Source: an uncultured bacterium
GTDB taxonomy: Bacteria > Planctomycetota > Phycisphaerae > SM23-33 > FEN-1343
Assembly (NCBI GenBank): GCA_965372365.1
Contig: CBDVCA010000001.1
Location: 5,810-69,809, forward strand
Length of the DNA: 64,000 nucleotides
Direction: 5' to 3'
The position numbers and the translations under genes were made by a program. How positions within the stretch are numbered: the first letter of the stretch is position 1; each line of letters begins with the position of its first letter. Below, piece by piece: positions 18,515 through 28,885 of this stretch. The notes below the pieces were generated by a model. The model was not told where the DNA came from. It saw nothing but the letters and a program-made list of their open reading frames with translations, and made no database searches.

Positions 18515-18898
18515 CTACCTCATTTCCTTCACGCTCTTCTTGCCGGCGACCGTCTTACGGGGGCCTTTACGCGTCCGGGCGTTAGTCTTGGTCCGCTGGC
18601 CGCGAACCGGAAGCCCGCGACGATGACGGAGGCCGCGATAGCAGCCGATGTCACGCAGTCGGGCGATATTCTGCTGCACCTGACGGCGAAGCTGACCTTC
18701 AACCGTGTACTCGGCGCCCAAAATGCCGGCGATCTTGCTGAGCTGACCTTCAGTGAGGTCCTTCGCCCGCATCTGAGGGTCCAGATCGGCCTTCTTGCAA
18801 ATCTCTTCAGCAAGCTTCGGGCCAATACCGTAGATGTATCGCAGCGCGATTCGCGTCGGCTTGTCGCCCGGGATGTCTGCACCAACTACACGAGGCAT
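18515..18898 (-). CDS. rpsM: 30S ribosomal protein S13
   Basis: [26 protein letters not shown]…. Confidence 0.92.
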   Translation of the reverse strand: MPRVVGADIPGDKPTRIALRYIYGIGPKLAEEICKKADLDPQMRAKDLTEGQLSKIAGILGAEYTVEGQLRRQVQQNIARLRDIGCYRGLRHRRGLPVRGQRTKTNARTRKGPRKTVAGKKSVKEMR

Positions 18899-18916
18899 AT
18901 GCCTACTCCTTGCTAT

Positions 18917-19030
18917 TAGCCTTGCCGCTGCTTATGACGGGGATTCGTGCAAATCACACGAACCACGCCCTTACGGCGAATGATCTTGCAGTTCTCGCAA
19001 ATGCGTTTCACTGAACTTCTTACTTTCATC
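18917..19030 (-). CDS. rpmJ: 50S ribosomal protein L36 (37 aa; below the ORF-track size cutoff)
   Basis: My translation: [37 protein letters not shown]. Confidence 0.85.
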
Positions 19031-19110
19031 GCTCTATATCCGATGGGGCCATTCAAGGTCGTCGGCACTCGGGCCGATACCAAGAATACGCCGAACTTCC
19101 TGGGTCACTA

Positions 19111-19884
19111 TTACCGTCCGTCGGTCAGAACATCAACGCCGTCGGCCGTAATGGCCAGCATATGCTCAAAATGAGCAGACGCCTTTCCGTCGGCCGTCAC
19201 CACCGTCCAACCGTCGTTCTCGACTTTCACATCGGCGGTTCCCACGTTCACCATAGGCTCCACCGCCAGCACCAGTCCTTCGCGGAGCACAATATCGTGC
19301 GCCCGCAACGCCGAACTGGCGTAGTTGGGCACTTTGGGCTCCTCGTGCATCTCGGTGCCGATCCCATGCCCGACAAACTCCTGAACAACGCCGAACCCGC
19401 GGTCGCCGGCGCTGGCCGCCATCACCTCGGCGATCCGGCTCCAACGTTCGCCCGGCGCCGACATCTCCACGGCGATTTCCAACATCCGCCGCGTCGCGTC
19501 GACCAATTCAGCACGTCGCTCATCGACCTGTCCGATCATCAACGTTGTCGCCGCGTCGCCGCAATAGCCGCCGAGACGAACGCCAAAGTCGATACTCACC
19601 AGGTCACCGGCCGCAATCTTCCGCCCGCCGGGTATCCCGTGGACGACCTGCTCATTAATCGAGCAGCAAATATTGCCCGGAAACGGCCCGCTCGGTCCGG
19701 GAACACCCTTAAACAGGCATTCGCCGCCCATCTCGCGGCACATCCTTTCAGCCTCGGCGTCCAACTCACCGGTCGTCACGCCAGGGGCGGCAATCTCACC
19801 CAAACGCTTCAGAACCGAGTACACGACCTTGCCGGCCGCTCGCATCAGTTCAATCTCACGTTTGCTTTTCAGCTTATAGGCCAC
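19111..19884 (-). CDS. map: Methionine aminopeptidase type I
   Basis: …VVHGIPGGRKIAAGDLVSIDFG…FVGHGIGTEMHEEP…. Confidence 0.9.
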   Translation of the reverse strand: MAYKLKSKREIELMRAAGKVVYSVLKRLGEIAAPGVTTGELDAEAERMCREMGGECLFKGVPGPSGPFPGNICCSINEQVVHGIPGGRKIAAGDLVSIDFGVRLGGYCGDAATTLMIGQVDERRAELVDATRRMLEIAVEMSAPGERWSRIAEVMAASAGDRGFGVVQEFVGHGIGTEMHEEPKVPNYASSALRAHDIVLREGLVLAVEPMVNVGTADVKVENDGWTVVTADGKASAHFEHMLAITADGVDVLTDGR

Positions 19885-19914
19885 CGGCGGACATCCTTTA
19901 TCAGAGCCACCCGG

Positions 19915-20571
19915 CTAGGCCTTCAGTTCCGCTACCAAATCAGCGGTAACGTCATCGGGGCTCTTGTTGCCGTCGAAGATCATAACCTTCTCGGCAGCGC
20001 TGTCCTTATAGTACTCAATCAACGGCGCCGTCAACTCGTTATACGCCATCAGCCGCTGGCGGACAACGTCTTCCTTGTCATCGGCACGCTGGTCGAACTC
20101 GCCCGCAAAGCCGCACTTATCGCAAACGCCCTCGACGGCCGGCTTGATGAACGTAATGTGATAGATCGCACCGCACTTGGGGCAACTGCGACGGCCGCAA
20201 ATACGCTCGACGACCGCGTCCTCGCAAACGTCGATCACAATGATCTTATCCACAGGCGTTTGCAGTGTCTCAAGCTGAGCGTCCAACGCCTCGGCCTGCG
20301 GTGTCGTCCGGGGAAAACCGTCCAGCAGCAGACCCTTTCCCGCGGCCGGATCGCTGATGGCCTTGGCCATCACGCCAACGACAACATCATCGGGAACCAG
20401 TTTCCCGGCGTCCATGTACGACGCCAGCTTCGCACCCAGGTCGCTCCCGGAGGCTTTTTCCGCACGGAGGATGTCGCCACTGGACAGATGCAACATATCA
20501 AAGGTTTCGGCCAGCCGCTTCGCTTGCGTGCCTTTGCCGGCGCCCGGTGCTCCCAAAAGAACGATTCTCAT
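19915..20571 (-). CDS. adk: Adenylate kinase with zinc-binding LID
   Basis: MRIVLLGAPGAGKGTQ…; CGRRSCPKCG…CDKCG. Confidence 0.92.
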   Translation of the reverse strand: MRIVLLGAPGAGKGTQAKRLAETFDMLHLSSGDILRAEKASGSDLGAKLASYMDAGKLVPDDVVVGVMAKAISDPAAGKGLLLDGFPRTTPQAEALDAQLETLQTPVDKIIVIDVCEDAVVERICGRRSCPKCGAIYHITFIKPAVEGVCDKCGFAGEFDQRADDKEDVVRQRLMAYNELTAPLIEYYKDSAAEKVMIFDGNKSPDDVTADLVAELKA

Positions 20572-22127
20572 CAGCGTGATCCCTTAATCTTGATGTTGTC
20601 GCCGAGGAACCCGCCGTAATTCCGCATCACCAACTGGGCCTCGATCCGCTGAACTAGGTCCAACGCCACCGAAACCGTAATCAGCAGGCCCGTTCCGCCC
20701 AGGAACGCCGCGATGTTGTACGGAATACCCATCGCCTTGGTGATCACCATCGGGATCACCGCGATCAACGCCAGGAACGCCGCTCCGCAGTAGGTAATCC
20801 GCTCCATGACCTTCTCGAGATACTCCGCCGTCCGCCGTCCAGGACGTAGACCCGGGATGAAGCTGCCGTTGTCGCGAAGATTCTCGGCCATCTCCTTGGG
20901 CTTGAACTGGATGGTCGTCCAGAAGTAAGCGAAGAAGAAGACCAGACCGATATACGCGACCCAGTATAGGTACGTACCCATCTGGAAGTAAGTCATGAGG
21001 AACAGCGTCACGTCGTTCTTCCACCACCCATGAAGCGTGGTGAACACGACGTTGGGGAACATCATCAACGCACTGGTGAAGATGATCGGCATGACGCCGC
21101 CGTGGTTGACCCGCAGCGGGAGGTACTGCCGTTGACCGCCGTACACGCGGCGGCCGCGAGTCATCTTCGCCTGTTGGATCGGGATTCGCCGCTGGCCCTG
21201 AGTGATCAGAATCGCCCCGGCGACCACGAACAGGAACATCGCGACCAGGCCGATGAGCTTCAGCGGACCAATATCGCCGGGCTCGCCGCCGGCGAAGGTG
21301 AGCGTGGCGTTGTCGAGCAACGTCACCACCGCACGCGGCATGCGGGCGACGATGCCGCCCATAATCAGCAGGCTGATGCCGTTGCCGATGCCGTATTCGT
21401 CAATCTGCTCGCCGAGCCACATCAGGAACACCGTCCCTGCGGTCATCCCCAGAACGCCCATCAGGCGAATCGAGAACCAGTCGAACTCGGCGTAATACTT
21501 CGATGTTCCCATACCGACCCAAGCTGAGGCCTGAACCATACACAGCGCAACCGTCGCGTAACGGGTGTATTCCTGAATCTTCCGCCGACCGGCCTCCCCT
21601 TCCCGCTGCAGCCGCTCAATCGAGGGAACGACCGTCCCGAGCAACTGGAAGATGATCGAAGCGGTAATGTAGGGCATAATCCCGAGACCAAACAGCGTCG
21701 ACTGCTGCAAATTTCCGCCGGTAAACAGAGCGACGGTTTCGAGAATCTGCCCAAGCGGCTGATCCTTCTGCGTTTCGGCAATCTGGGCCATCGCCGCCTG
21801 GTCGAGGCCGGGAATGGGGATCCAGAAACCGACACGGTAGATCGCCAGCAGAATAAGCGTGAACAGGATCTTCTTGACCAATTCGTGAATCGAGAAGATG
21901 TTCTCCATCGTCCGGTGCAAGCGCGTCTTGGCGATGAAAGTGTAGTAGAAACCACAAAGCAGCACTACCGAGGCGACCACTCCGGCGATAGGCCCGGCCA
22001 GCGTTCCGACGGCGCTCTCGCCGCCGATGACCTTGAGGATCTCCGGAACGGCGGCGGCGCACAGCCTCGCGGCAATCGCGATAACGCCTATGCCGCCGAT
22101 CAACCTGAATATCTTAAATGCCATCAA
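20571..22127 (-). CDS. secY: Protein translocase subunit SecY, with a possible 73-aa N-terminal extension (alternative start at MENIF, 21908)
   Basis: SecY core begins at about aa 74 (LILLAIYRVGFWIPIPGLD). The upstream 73 aa contain a hydrophobic helix and the 22127 start sits 22 nt after rplO. No clear SD at either start. Confidence 0.85.
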   Translation of the reverse strand: MMAFKIFRLIGGIGVIAIAARLCAAAVPEILKVIGGESAVGTLAGPIAGVVASVVLLCGFYYTFIAKTRLHRTMENIFSIHELVKKILFTLILLAIYRVGFWIPIPGLDQAAMAQIAETQKDQPLGQILETVALFTGGNLQQSTLFGLGIMPYITASIIFQLLGTVVPSIERLQREGEAGRRKIQEYTRYATVALCMVQASAWVGMGTSKYYAEFDWFSIRLMGVLGMTAGTVFLMWLGEQIDEYGIGNGISLLIMGGIVARMPRAVVTLLDNATLTFAGGEPGDIGPLKLIGLVAMFLFVVAGAILITQGQRRIPIQQAKMTRGRRVYGGQRQYLPLRVNHGGVMPIIFTSALMMFPNVVFTTLHGWWKNDVTLFLMTYFQMGTYLYWVAYIGLVFFFAYFWTTIQFKPKEMAENLRDNGSFIPGLRPGRRTAEYLEKVMERITYCGAAFLALIAVIPMVITKAMGIPYNIAAFLGGTGLLITVSVALDLVQRIEAQLVMRNYGGFLGDNIKIKGSR

Positions 22128-22148
22128 TCTCTCGCTCAGTTGAGAACG

Positions 22149-22601
22149 TTACGCGCCAGCTACTTCCAGCGACCCGCCCGCGGAGGCGACCTTCTCGGCC
22201 GCGGCCTTGGAGGCGCAAGTCACTTTGACGGTCAGTTTGCGGGCAAGATCGCCCTTGGCCAGCAGTTTGACGGTCACATCGGTCCGGTCGATCAGGCCCT
22301 TGGCGGCCAAGTCGTCGATCGTGACGGTGTCGCCGTCGGCGAAAACCCGCTGAAGGTCCGAGACATTGACGATCTCGACCACTTCGGCGAACTGCTTATT
22401 ATTGAAGCCACGTTTGGGGACCCGGCGGATCTGGGGGTTCTGCCCGCCTTCGAAGCCGACCAGACTCTTGGCGCCGGCTCGCGAGCCGTAGCCCTTGTGT
22501 CCGCGACCGGCGGTCTTGCCGGAGCCGCTGCCGTGGCCGCGACCGATCCGTTTGGCCCGCTTGTGTTTGCCGGCGGCTGTGAGTACTTCCTGCAACTTCA
22601 T
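22149..22601 (-). CDS. rplO: 50S ribosomal protein L15
   Basis: …RIGRGHGSGSGKTAGRGHKG…. Confidence 0.92.
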   Translation of the reverse strand: MKLQEVLTAAGKHKRAKRIGRGHGSGSGKTAGRGHKGYGSRAGAKSLVGFEGGQNPQIRRVPKRGFNNKQFAEVVEIVNVSDLQRVFADGDTVTIDDLAAKGLIDRTDVTVKLLAKGDLARKLTVKVTCASKAAAEKVASAGGSLEVAGA

Positions 22602-23119
22602 TGCTCGACCTCCACGCCGCGAAGGCGACTGACTTGTTCGGCCGTCCTCAGGTTCGCCAACGCGTTCAAGGCGGCCTTCACCAAGTTCTTCGGCGTCGTC
22701 GAGCCGTAGGACTTGGTCAGCACATCCTTCACGCCGGCCAGTTCGAGCATCGCGCGAATGTTCTTGCCGGCGATCACGCCGGCGCCCTCAGGCGCCGGAA
22801 CCATCACCACCTGAGACGCCCCGAAACGGCCAATGATCCGATGCGGGATCGTATTGCCTCTCAGCGAAACGTCGATGACGTTCTTCCGGGCGTCCTTGAT
22901 GCCCTTCTCCACCGACATGGGCACTTCCTTGGCCTTGCCGTAGCCGACGCCGATCTTGCCTTTGCGATCGCCCACGACCACCAGGGCCGCGAAGCTGAAA
23001 CGCCGACCGCCTTTGACGACGCAGGCGCAACGATAGATCTTCACAACCTGATCTTCGAAGCCGTCGTCACTTTCGCTCGACCGTCTTTGCCCACGAGGGG
23101 AATGTGTATTCAGAGCCAA
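22598..23119 (-). CDS. rpsE: 30S ribosomal protein S5
   Basis: …VVKGGRRFSFAALVVVGD…; overlaps rplO by 4 nt. No L30 gene lies between them. Confidence 0.9.
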   Translation of the reverse strand: MALNTHSPRGQRRSSESDDGFEDQVVKIYRCACVVKGGRRFSFAALVVVGDRKGKIGVGYGKAKEVPMSVEKGIKDARKNVIDVSLRGNTIPHRIIGRFGASQVVMVPAPEGAGVIAGKNIRAMLELAGVKDVLTKSYGSTTPKNLVKAALNALANLRTAEQVSRLRGVEVEQ

Positions 23120-23214
23120 GATCCTGCTCCCGCTACTTCGTAGCGATGGGTCAATCCTCCCCGCCGGCGGCGGCGGGTGCGAATCGACGTATCAAAACTA
23201 CCACTCATCAAAGT

Positions 23215-23580
23215 CTAGAAGGTCAATCCGCCCTTGCGGACCGACTCGGCCAGTTCTTTCACGCGGCCGTGATACTTATAGCCGTTACGATCAAATACAA
23301 TACTTTTGATTCCGGCGTCGCTCGCCTTGGCGGCCAGGGCCGCGCCAACCTTGGCGGCGGCGTCTTTGTTCCCGCCGTATCCGACATCGGCCAAAGCCTT
23401 GTCGCGGCTGGAAGCACTGACCAAGGTCACGCCCAGGGCGTCATCAATGATCTGGGCCGCGATATTCTTGTTCGACCGGAACACCGTCAGTCGGGGCCGT
23501 TCGCCCGTACCGGACACCTTGCCTCGCACGCGGCGACGACGCCGCTGGCGTTGGAAGATTTTCTTTTTGATTGCCTTCAT
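23215..23580 (-). CDS. rplR: 50S ribosomal protein L18
   Basis: …[18 protein letters not shown]…. Confidence 0.9.
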   Translation of the reverse strand: MKAIKKKIFQRQRRRRRVRGKVSGTGERPRLTVFRSNKNIAAQIIDDALGVTLVSASSRDKALADVGYGGNKDAAAKVGAALAAKASDAGIKSIVFDRNGYKYHGRVKELAESVRKGGLTF

Positions 23581-23636
23581 TCCGTCACATCCTATCCGGC
23601 CGTCGGGGCCGGTCTTAAGTTCGATCGTCTCGTCCG

Positions 23637-24215
23637 TTAGCCGCCGGCGCCGGCGAAAGCCTTGCCAAGCTTGCGGATGATCCGCTCGCCGGCATACCGA
23701 ATGCCCTTGCCCTTATACGGTTCCGGCTTGCGGGCCTTCTTGCACTGAGCGGCGAACTGCCCCACCGCCTGCTTGTCGCACCCCGAAACGCTGAACTTCG
23801 CCGGGTCGTTGTCGCCGCGAGCCTGCGGGGTCACCACCTCAACGGCCACGTCGTCGGGAATCTTCAGCACAACGGCGTTGGCGAAGCCGCACACCAACGA
23901 TAGCGTCTTGCCCTGTAGCGTCACCGAGAAGCCTACGCCGTACAGTTCCATGTTGATTTTGTAGCCGTTCGCCACGCCTTCAATCATGTTGGCGATCAGC
24001 GACCGCGTAAGACCGTGAAGGCTACGCGAAAACCGTTCGTCGTCGGCTCGCTTGACGATGAGGCACTGGGTCGCCTCGTCTCTGCCAACGGTAATCTTCT
24101 CGTGGTATTCCCACGACAGCTTACCCTTGGGCCCTTCAGTGGTGACGGTGCGCCCATCGAGGGTGACGGTCACGCCTGCGGGTACGGGTATTGGTTTATT
24201 GCCTATACGAGACAT
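23637..24215 (-). CDS. rplF: 50S ribosomal protein L6
   Basis: [15 protein letters not shown]…. Confidence 0.92.
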   Translation of the reverse strand: MSRIGNKPIPVPAGVTVTLDGRTVTTEGPKGKLSWEYHEKITVGRDEATQCLIVKRADDERFSRSLHGLTRSLIANMIEGVANGYKINMELYGVGFSVTLQGKTLSLVCGFANAVVLKIPDDVAVEVVTPQARGDNDPAKFSVSGCDKQAVGQFAAQCKKARKPEPYKGKGIRYAGERIIRKLGKAFAGAGG

Positions 24216-24224
24216 CGAACACCT

Positions 24225-24623
24225 CTAATAGACCGAACACAGAACTTCGCCGCCAATGTTGGCGCGACGGGCCTGCCGGTCGCTCATGACGCCCTGGCTA
24301 GTCGAGACGATCGCAACACCCAGCCCGTCCAACGGACGAGGGATTTCACTGGATCCCTTGTACACCCGGCAACCCGGGCGAGAGACCCGCTGAATGTCGC
24401 TGACGACCTTCTCGCCGCTGGGACCGTATTTCAGGTACACCCGCAGCAGGCCTTGCTTGTCGTCTTCGATACGTTTGAAATCTTCGATATAGCCTTCTGC
24501 CTTCAACACTTCGCAAATGCCGGCGCACACCTTGGAGGCGCGAATGTTCACGTGCTTGCGGTTAACGCGCACGCCATTGCGAATTCGTGTCAGCATATCG
24601 GCGATCGGATCGGTCAGACTCAT
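24225..24623 (-). CDS. rpsH: 30S ribosomal protein S8
   Basis: MSLTDPIADMLTRIRNG…. Confidence 0.92.
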   Translation of the reverse strand: MSLTDPIADMLTRIRNGVRVNRKHVNIRASKVCAGICEVLKAEGYIEDFKRIEDDKQGLLRVYLKYGPSGEKVVSDIQRVSRPGCRVYKGSSEIPRPLDGLGVAIVSTSQGVMSDRQARRANIGGEVLCSVY

Positions 24624-24636
24624 GATCTACGTCCTC

Positions 24637-24822
24637 TTACCAGCTGGCCTTTTTCAGACCGGGGATCTTGCCCTCAGCGGCCAGGTTCCGCAGACAAATA
24701 CGACATATGCGGAACTTGCGATACACCGCTCTGGGGCGGCCGCACAGTTCACAGCGACGCTGAATACGCGTCTTGAACTTCGGCTCGCGGGCGGCCTTGA
24801 TTTTCTGCGCCTTCGTTGCCAT
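24637..24822 (-). CDS. rpsN: 30S ribosomal protein S14, zinc-ribbon type (61 aa)
   Basis: …[20 protein letters not shown]…. Confidence 0.9.
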   Translation of the reverse strand: MATKAQKIKAAREPKFKTRIQRRCELCGRPRAVYRKFRICRICLRNLAAEGKIPGLKKASW

Positions 24823-24834
24823 CGATTGGTAGTC

Positions 24835-25386
24835 CTATTGCTCTTCCGTTCGGAACGGCATGCCCATCATCGCCAGCAAACGCCGCGCCTCTTCATCGCT
24901 CGGCGCCGTTGTGGTGAAGCAGATGTCCATGCCCTGGGTAAACTGCACTCGGTCGGGGTCGATCTCCGGGAACAGCGTCTGTTCGGTCAGGCCCATGCTG
25001 TAGTTACCCCGACCGTCGAAGGCGTTGGGGTTCAAGCCCCGAAAGTCCTTCACTCGCGGAATCGCCACCATCACCAGCCGATCGACGAATTCGTACATCC
25101 GATCGCCGCGGAGAGTTACTTTCAGGCCTACTTCCATCCCCTTGCGGAGGTGGAAGTTGCTGATCGAGACCCGAGCCTTGGTGACGACGGGCTTCTGACC
25201 GGTGATCGCCGTAAGCTCCTTGATGGCCGCTTCCAGCTTCGCCGACTCTCGGGCGGTCTCGCCCATGCCCATGTTCACGGTGACCTTGCTCAGCTTCCCG
25301 ACGCTCATCGAGTTGCTGTAGGAGAACTCCTTGGCCAAGGCCGGGGCGATCTCACTCTTATATCGTTCAAGTAGGCGTGCAACCAT
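24835..25386 (-). CDS. rplE: 50S ribosomal protein L5
   Basis: L5 family sequence; sits in the conserved position between S14 and L24. Confidence 0.9.
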   Translation of the reverse strand: MVARLLERYKSEIAPALAKEFSYSNSMSVGKLSKVTVNMGMGETARESAKLEAAIKELTAITGQKPVVTKARVSISNFHLRKGMEVGLKVTLRGDRMYEFVDRLVMVAIPRVKDFRGLNPNAFDGRGNYSMGLTEQTLFPEIDPDRVQFTQGMDICFTTTAPSDEEARRLLAMMGMPFRTEEQ

Positions 25387-25397
25387 CGTAATCGTTC

Positions 25398-25745
25398 CTA
25401 GGAGGTAACCTTGTTCACCACACCCAGCGACTCGCCGGACTTCTTGGCAAAGCGTTCTTTCGTTCCGTCGGCGAGAGTGCGGAACCCAACACGGGTCTTC
25501 TCGTCGGTCTTGGGGTCGACGACCATGACGTTGGAGATCTGAAGCGGCATCTCCTTCTGGATCCGACCGCCTTGAGGATGCTGGCGGCTCGGACGCATGT
25601 GCTTGTAAGCCTGATTGACGCCCTGGACAAGAACCTTGCCCGTCCCGGGGTCCACGCGAAGCACTTCGCCGCGTTTGCCGACGTCTTTGCCGGCGATCAC
25701 CTCGATGGTATCGCCTTTTCGAATCTTACTCGCCATATCCTTCAA
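25398..25745 (-). CDS. rplX: 50S ribosomal protein L24 (KOW domain)
   Basis: …IRKGDTIEVIAGKDVGKRGEV…. Confidence 0.9.
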   Translation of the reverse strand: MKDMASKIRKGDTIEVIAGKDVGKRGEVLRVDPGTGKVLVQGVNQAYKHMRPSRQHPQGGRIQKEMPLQISNVMVVDPKTDEKTRVGFRTLADGTKERFAKKSGESLGVVNKVTS

Positions 25746-25789
25746 CTCCGGCGGATGCGTCCGCCTGTTCGGGGCGGTCGGTAGCCTGA

Positions 25790-26176
25790 CTAAACGACGT
25801 CGTTGGCCAACGACACGATCTTCATGTAATTCAACTCACGCAACTCACGAGCGACCGCGCCGAAAATGCGGGTTCCACGGGGGTCGCCCTTCTCGTCGAC
25901 AATCACCACGGCGTTGCCGTCGAAACGGACATAGCTGCCGTCCATTCTCCGGACGGCCTTGCGAGTGCGAACGATCACGCAACGGACGATCTCGCCCTTC
26001 TTGACCTCGCTGCCGGGGATCGCTTTCTTCACACTGCAAATAATCACGTCGCCGATCGTCCCGGTCTTACGGGTATGACGCCCGCGAGCGGTCGAACCGC
26101 CCAAGACCTTGATACATTGGGCGACGGTCGCTCCGCTGTTGTCGGCAACTCGAACTCTGCTTTCTACTTGAATCAC
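25790..26176 (-). CDS. rplN: 50S ribosomal protein L14
   Basis: [16 protein letters not shown]…. Confidence 0.92.
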   Translation of the reverse strand: MIQVESRVRVADNSGATVAQCIKVLGGSTARGRHTRKTGTIGDVIICSVKKAIPGSEVKKGEIVRCVIVRTRKAVRRMDGSYVRFDGNAVVIVDEKGDPRGTRIFGAVARELRELNYMKIVSLANDVV

Positions 26177-26278
26177 GGTCTCAACCTCATTGGCTTCGTT
26201 CGCACCGCCTTCGCCGGCGGCGACTGGGGCGCCTGTCCCAACCCGTCCAAACTCAGCGAACGCCTGGCGCCGGGGAAA

Positions 26279-26566
26279 CTACTTGACCATCTTGGCCTTG
26301 GATACGACCCCGGCCAAACGCCATCGCTTCCGCTTGGAAATCGGACGGCACGGCACGACGGTGACCGTATCGCCGAGCCCGGCTTCGTTGCTCGGGTCGT
26401 GGACAGCCAGCTTCGTGCGGCGTTTCATAATCTTGCCATACAACGGATGCGCGACCTGCCAGCCGATTTCGACCGTGCAGGTCTTATCGCCGCCAGTGGA
26501 CACCACAACGCCGGTCTCGCTCTCAACTCGCTTCTGCGGTTGTGTTTTCTCAGTCGAATCTGCCAT
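26279..26566 (-). CDS. rpsQ: 30S ribosomal protein S17
   Basis: S17 family sequence; conserved position. Confidence 0.9.
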   Translation of the reverse strand: MADSTEKTQPQKRVESETGVVVSTGGDKTCTVEIGWQVAHPLYGKIMKRRTKLAVHDPSNEAGLGDTVTVVPCRPISKRKRWRLAGVVSKAKMVK

Positions 26567-26594
26567 AGTTCTATTCGCTATACCTCAGGGGCGT

Positions 26595-26804
26595 CTAGCC
26601 GGCGCTCTGCGCCCGGACCCGTTCTCTCTGCACCGTCAGGCAACGGGCGATGTCGCGTTTGGCGCCGCCGAGCATCGTCGACGATTCAAGCTTCTCCGTC
26701 ACCGCCTGCGCCCGCAGGTCGTACAGATGGCGACGCTGCCGCACAACCTCGTTGGACAGTTCCGCGTCCGACATATCCCGGATTTCTTTGATCTTCAAAG
26801 TCAT
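26595..26804 (-). CDS. rpmC: 50S ribosomal protein L29
   Basis: …[19 protein letters not shown]…. Confidence 0.88.
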   Translation of the reverse strand: MTLKIKEIRDMSDAELSNEVVRQRRHLYDLRAQAVTEKLESSTMLGGAKRDIARCLTVQRERVRAQSAG

Positions 26805-26816
26805 AGCCGTCTCACC

Positions 26817-27236
26817 TTACAAACCGTGCCGACGCACCACGAAGCGGCATCGCACGGGCATCTTATGGGCCACACGCACCAGGGCCTGCTTGGCGGTGAA
26901 TTCATCCACGCCGCCGATCTCGTACAGGATGGTCCCCGGCTTCACCACGGCCACCCACATCTCCGGCTCGCCCTTACCTTTGCCCATTCGAGTTTCCAGC
27001 GGCTTGCTGGTCACCGGCTTGTCGGGGAAAATCCGGATATGCACCTTACCTTCGCGATGAAGGAAGTGCGTCGCCGCGACACGGCCGGCCTCGATCACTC
27101 GGGAATTAATCCAAGCGGGCTCCAGGCTCTGTAGGGCGTAATCTCCGAACGCCACTGTATTGCCTCGCGTGGCCACCCCGCGGTTACGTCCGCGATGGAC
27201 TTTGCGATGCTTCACTCGTTTCGGCATCAACGCCAT
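26817..27236 (-). CDS. rplP: 50S ribosomal protein L16
   Basis: [14 protein letters not shown]…. Confidence 0.92.
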   Translation of the reverse strand: MALMPKRVKHRKVHRGRNRGVATRGNTVAFGDYALQSLEPAWINSRVIEAGRVAATHFLHREGKVHIRIFPDKPVTSKPLETRMGKGKGEPEMWVAVVKPGTILYEIGGVDEFTAKQALVRVAHKMPVRCRFVVRRHGL

Positions 27237-27326
27237 GGTAACACCTGTACCTGAAAATTCTGATTAAGCCCGACCGCCCCACTGCGGCTTGGTCGGCGTT
27301 CGTCACAAATGTTCGCTGCTACCGAC

Positions 27327-28208
27327 CTACTTGGCCGCCGGGGGAGCCGCAGAATCGCCGGCCGGACCCGCACTCGGCGTGCTCGCCGGGCTTGGGGTCG
27401 GCGTACTCGCCGCCCCGCCCGACCTGGCGCCGCCGCCACGTTGGAACCCGCCGCGACCGCGACCACCGCCGCCGCCACCGGGCCGTCCACGTCCGGGGCC
27501 GCCGGGACCGCCACGCCGGCCGCCGCGTTGGAACCCGCCGCCGGGTCCGGTTACTTCGTCGCTGACCGCCTCACCGAAGATCCCGCGGTAAATCCACACC
27601 TTCACGCCCAGCACGCCGTACTTGGTCTTGGCGTGGACAAAACCGTAGTCCACGTCGGCGGTCAGAGTCTGCAGCGGAATCGATCCGGCCGCCTGATTCT
27701 CGGTGCGGCTCATTTCCGCCCCGCCCAGGCGCCCGGACAGTTGAATCTTGATGCCCTTGGCGCCGGCCATCATGCTGGCCTCCAGACGCATCTTCAACGC
27801 CCGGCGAAAACTGCTACGCCGCTTCATCTGCTCGGCGATACCCGAAGCGACCAGTTGGGCGTTGAGATCGGGGTTCTTGATCTCCACGATGTTGACGTTC
27901 ACACGCCGGTCGGTCAGGCCTTCCAACTCGCTCTTAATCTTGTCGATCTCGGCGCCCTTGGGACCGATCACCAGACCGGGGCGAGCCGTACGAAGCGTAA
28001 CCTTCACCTCTTCGCGGGTCCGCTCGATCAGCGTGCTAGCCACCGCGGCGTAAGGCGGCGACTCGTTCAGCCGCTTGTTGATGTAGCGCCGGATCCTCTC
28101 ATCTTCGATCAGAAACTCGCCGTAGTTGCTCTTGGGAGCGAACCAGCGACTTAGCCAGTCTTTGGTGATCCCGGTACGGAAACTAGTTGGATTGACTTTT
28201 TGTCCCAT
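27327..28208 (-). CDS. rpsC: 30S ribosomal protein S3 with a roughly 70-aa Gly/Arg/Pro-rich C-terminal tail
   Basis: MGQKVNPTSFRTGITKDW… KH domain. Tail GGFQRGGRRGGPGGPGRGRPGGGGGGRGRGGFQRGGG…. Confidence 0.92.
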   Translation of the reverse strand: MGQKVNPTSFRTGITKDWLSRWFAPKSNYGEFLIEDERIRRYINKRLNESPPYAAVASTLIERTREEVKVTLRTARPGLVIGPKGAEIDKIKSELEGLTDRRVNVNIVEIKNPDLNAQLVASGIAEQMKRRSSFRRALKMRLEASMMAGAKGIKIQLSGRLGGAEMSRTENQAAGSIPLQTLTADVDYGFVHAKTKYGVLGVKVWIYRGIFGEAVSDEVTGPGGGFQRGGRRGGPGGPGRGRPGGGGGGRGRGGFQRGGGARSGGAASTPTPSPASTPSAGPAGDSAAPPAAK

Positions 28209-28211
28209 AAC

Positions 28212-28562
28212 CTATTTCCTAGCCTCTTCGACCACCACCGTGATATGGCTCGTACGTTTGTTAATCGGATGCGCCCGCCCGCGGTCCTTCGGGTGGAACC
28301 GCTTCATCGTCGGGCCCTCGTCGACAAGGGCTTTCTGAATGTACAGGCTTTCAACGTTCGCTTCGGCGTTGTCGGCGTTAGCGACGGCGCTGTGAAGCAC
28401 CTTGTCGATCATGCCCGACGCCCGATGCGGGGAAAATTTCAGCACGTTCATCGCGTCAGCGACATTCAGCCCGCGGATCATATCCACAACCAGGCGGACC
28501 TTCCGTGCGCTCATGCGTGCGAACCGATGTTTGGCTAGCCATGCCATCTTCAAGGACTCCAC
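28212..28562 (-). CDS. rplV: 50S ribosomal protein L22
   Basis: L22 family sequence. Confidence 0.9.
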   Translation of the reverse strand: MESLKMAWLAKHRFARMSARKVRLVVDMIRGLNVADAMNVLKFSPHRASGMIDKVLHSAVANADNAEANVESLYIQKALVDEGPTMKRFHPKDRGRAHPINKRTSHITVVVEEARK

Positions 28563-28573
28563 TTCAATCGGAC

Positions 28574-28840
28574 TTAACGTTTGCGGCCGCTGTGTCCGCG
28601 GAACATGCGGGTCGGGGAGAACTCACCAAGCTTATGCCCGACCATATCTTCAGTAATGTAAATCCGGGTAAACACTTTGCCGTTGTGCACCATAAACGTG
28701 TGCCCGACGAACTCCGGCACGATGGTGCAGGCTCGATGCCAAGTCTTAATGGCATCGCGTCGCCCGGTCTCTTCCATCTTCATGACCTTCCGGTAGAGCT
28801 TCTCTACAACGTAAGGTCCTTTTTTCAAGCTACGCGCCAT
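28574..28840 (-). CDS. rpsS: 30S ribosomal protein S19
   Basis: [11 protein letters not shown]…. Confidence 0.92.
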   Translation of the reverse strand: MARSLKKGPYVVEKLYRKVMKMEETGRRDAIKTWHRACTIVPEFVGHTFMVHNGKVFTRIYITEDMVGHKLGEFSPTRMFRGHSGRKR

Positions 28841-28885
28841 GCTTTCGTTTCCTTCTCGCTCTCACCCCGAAGGGCTCAACGCCAG

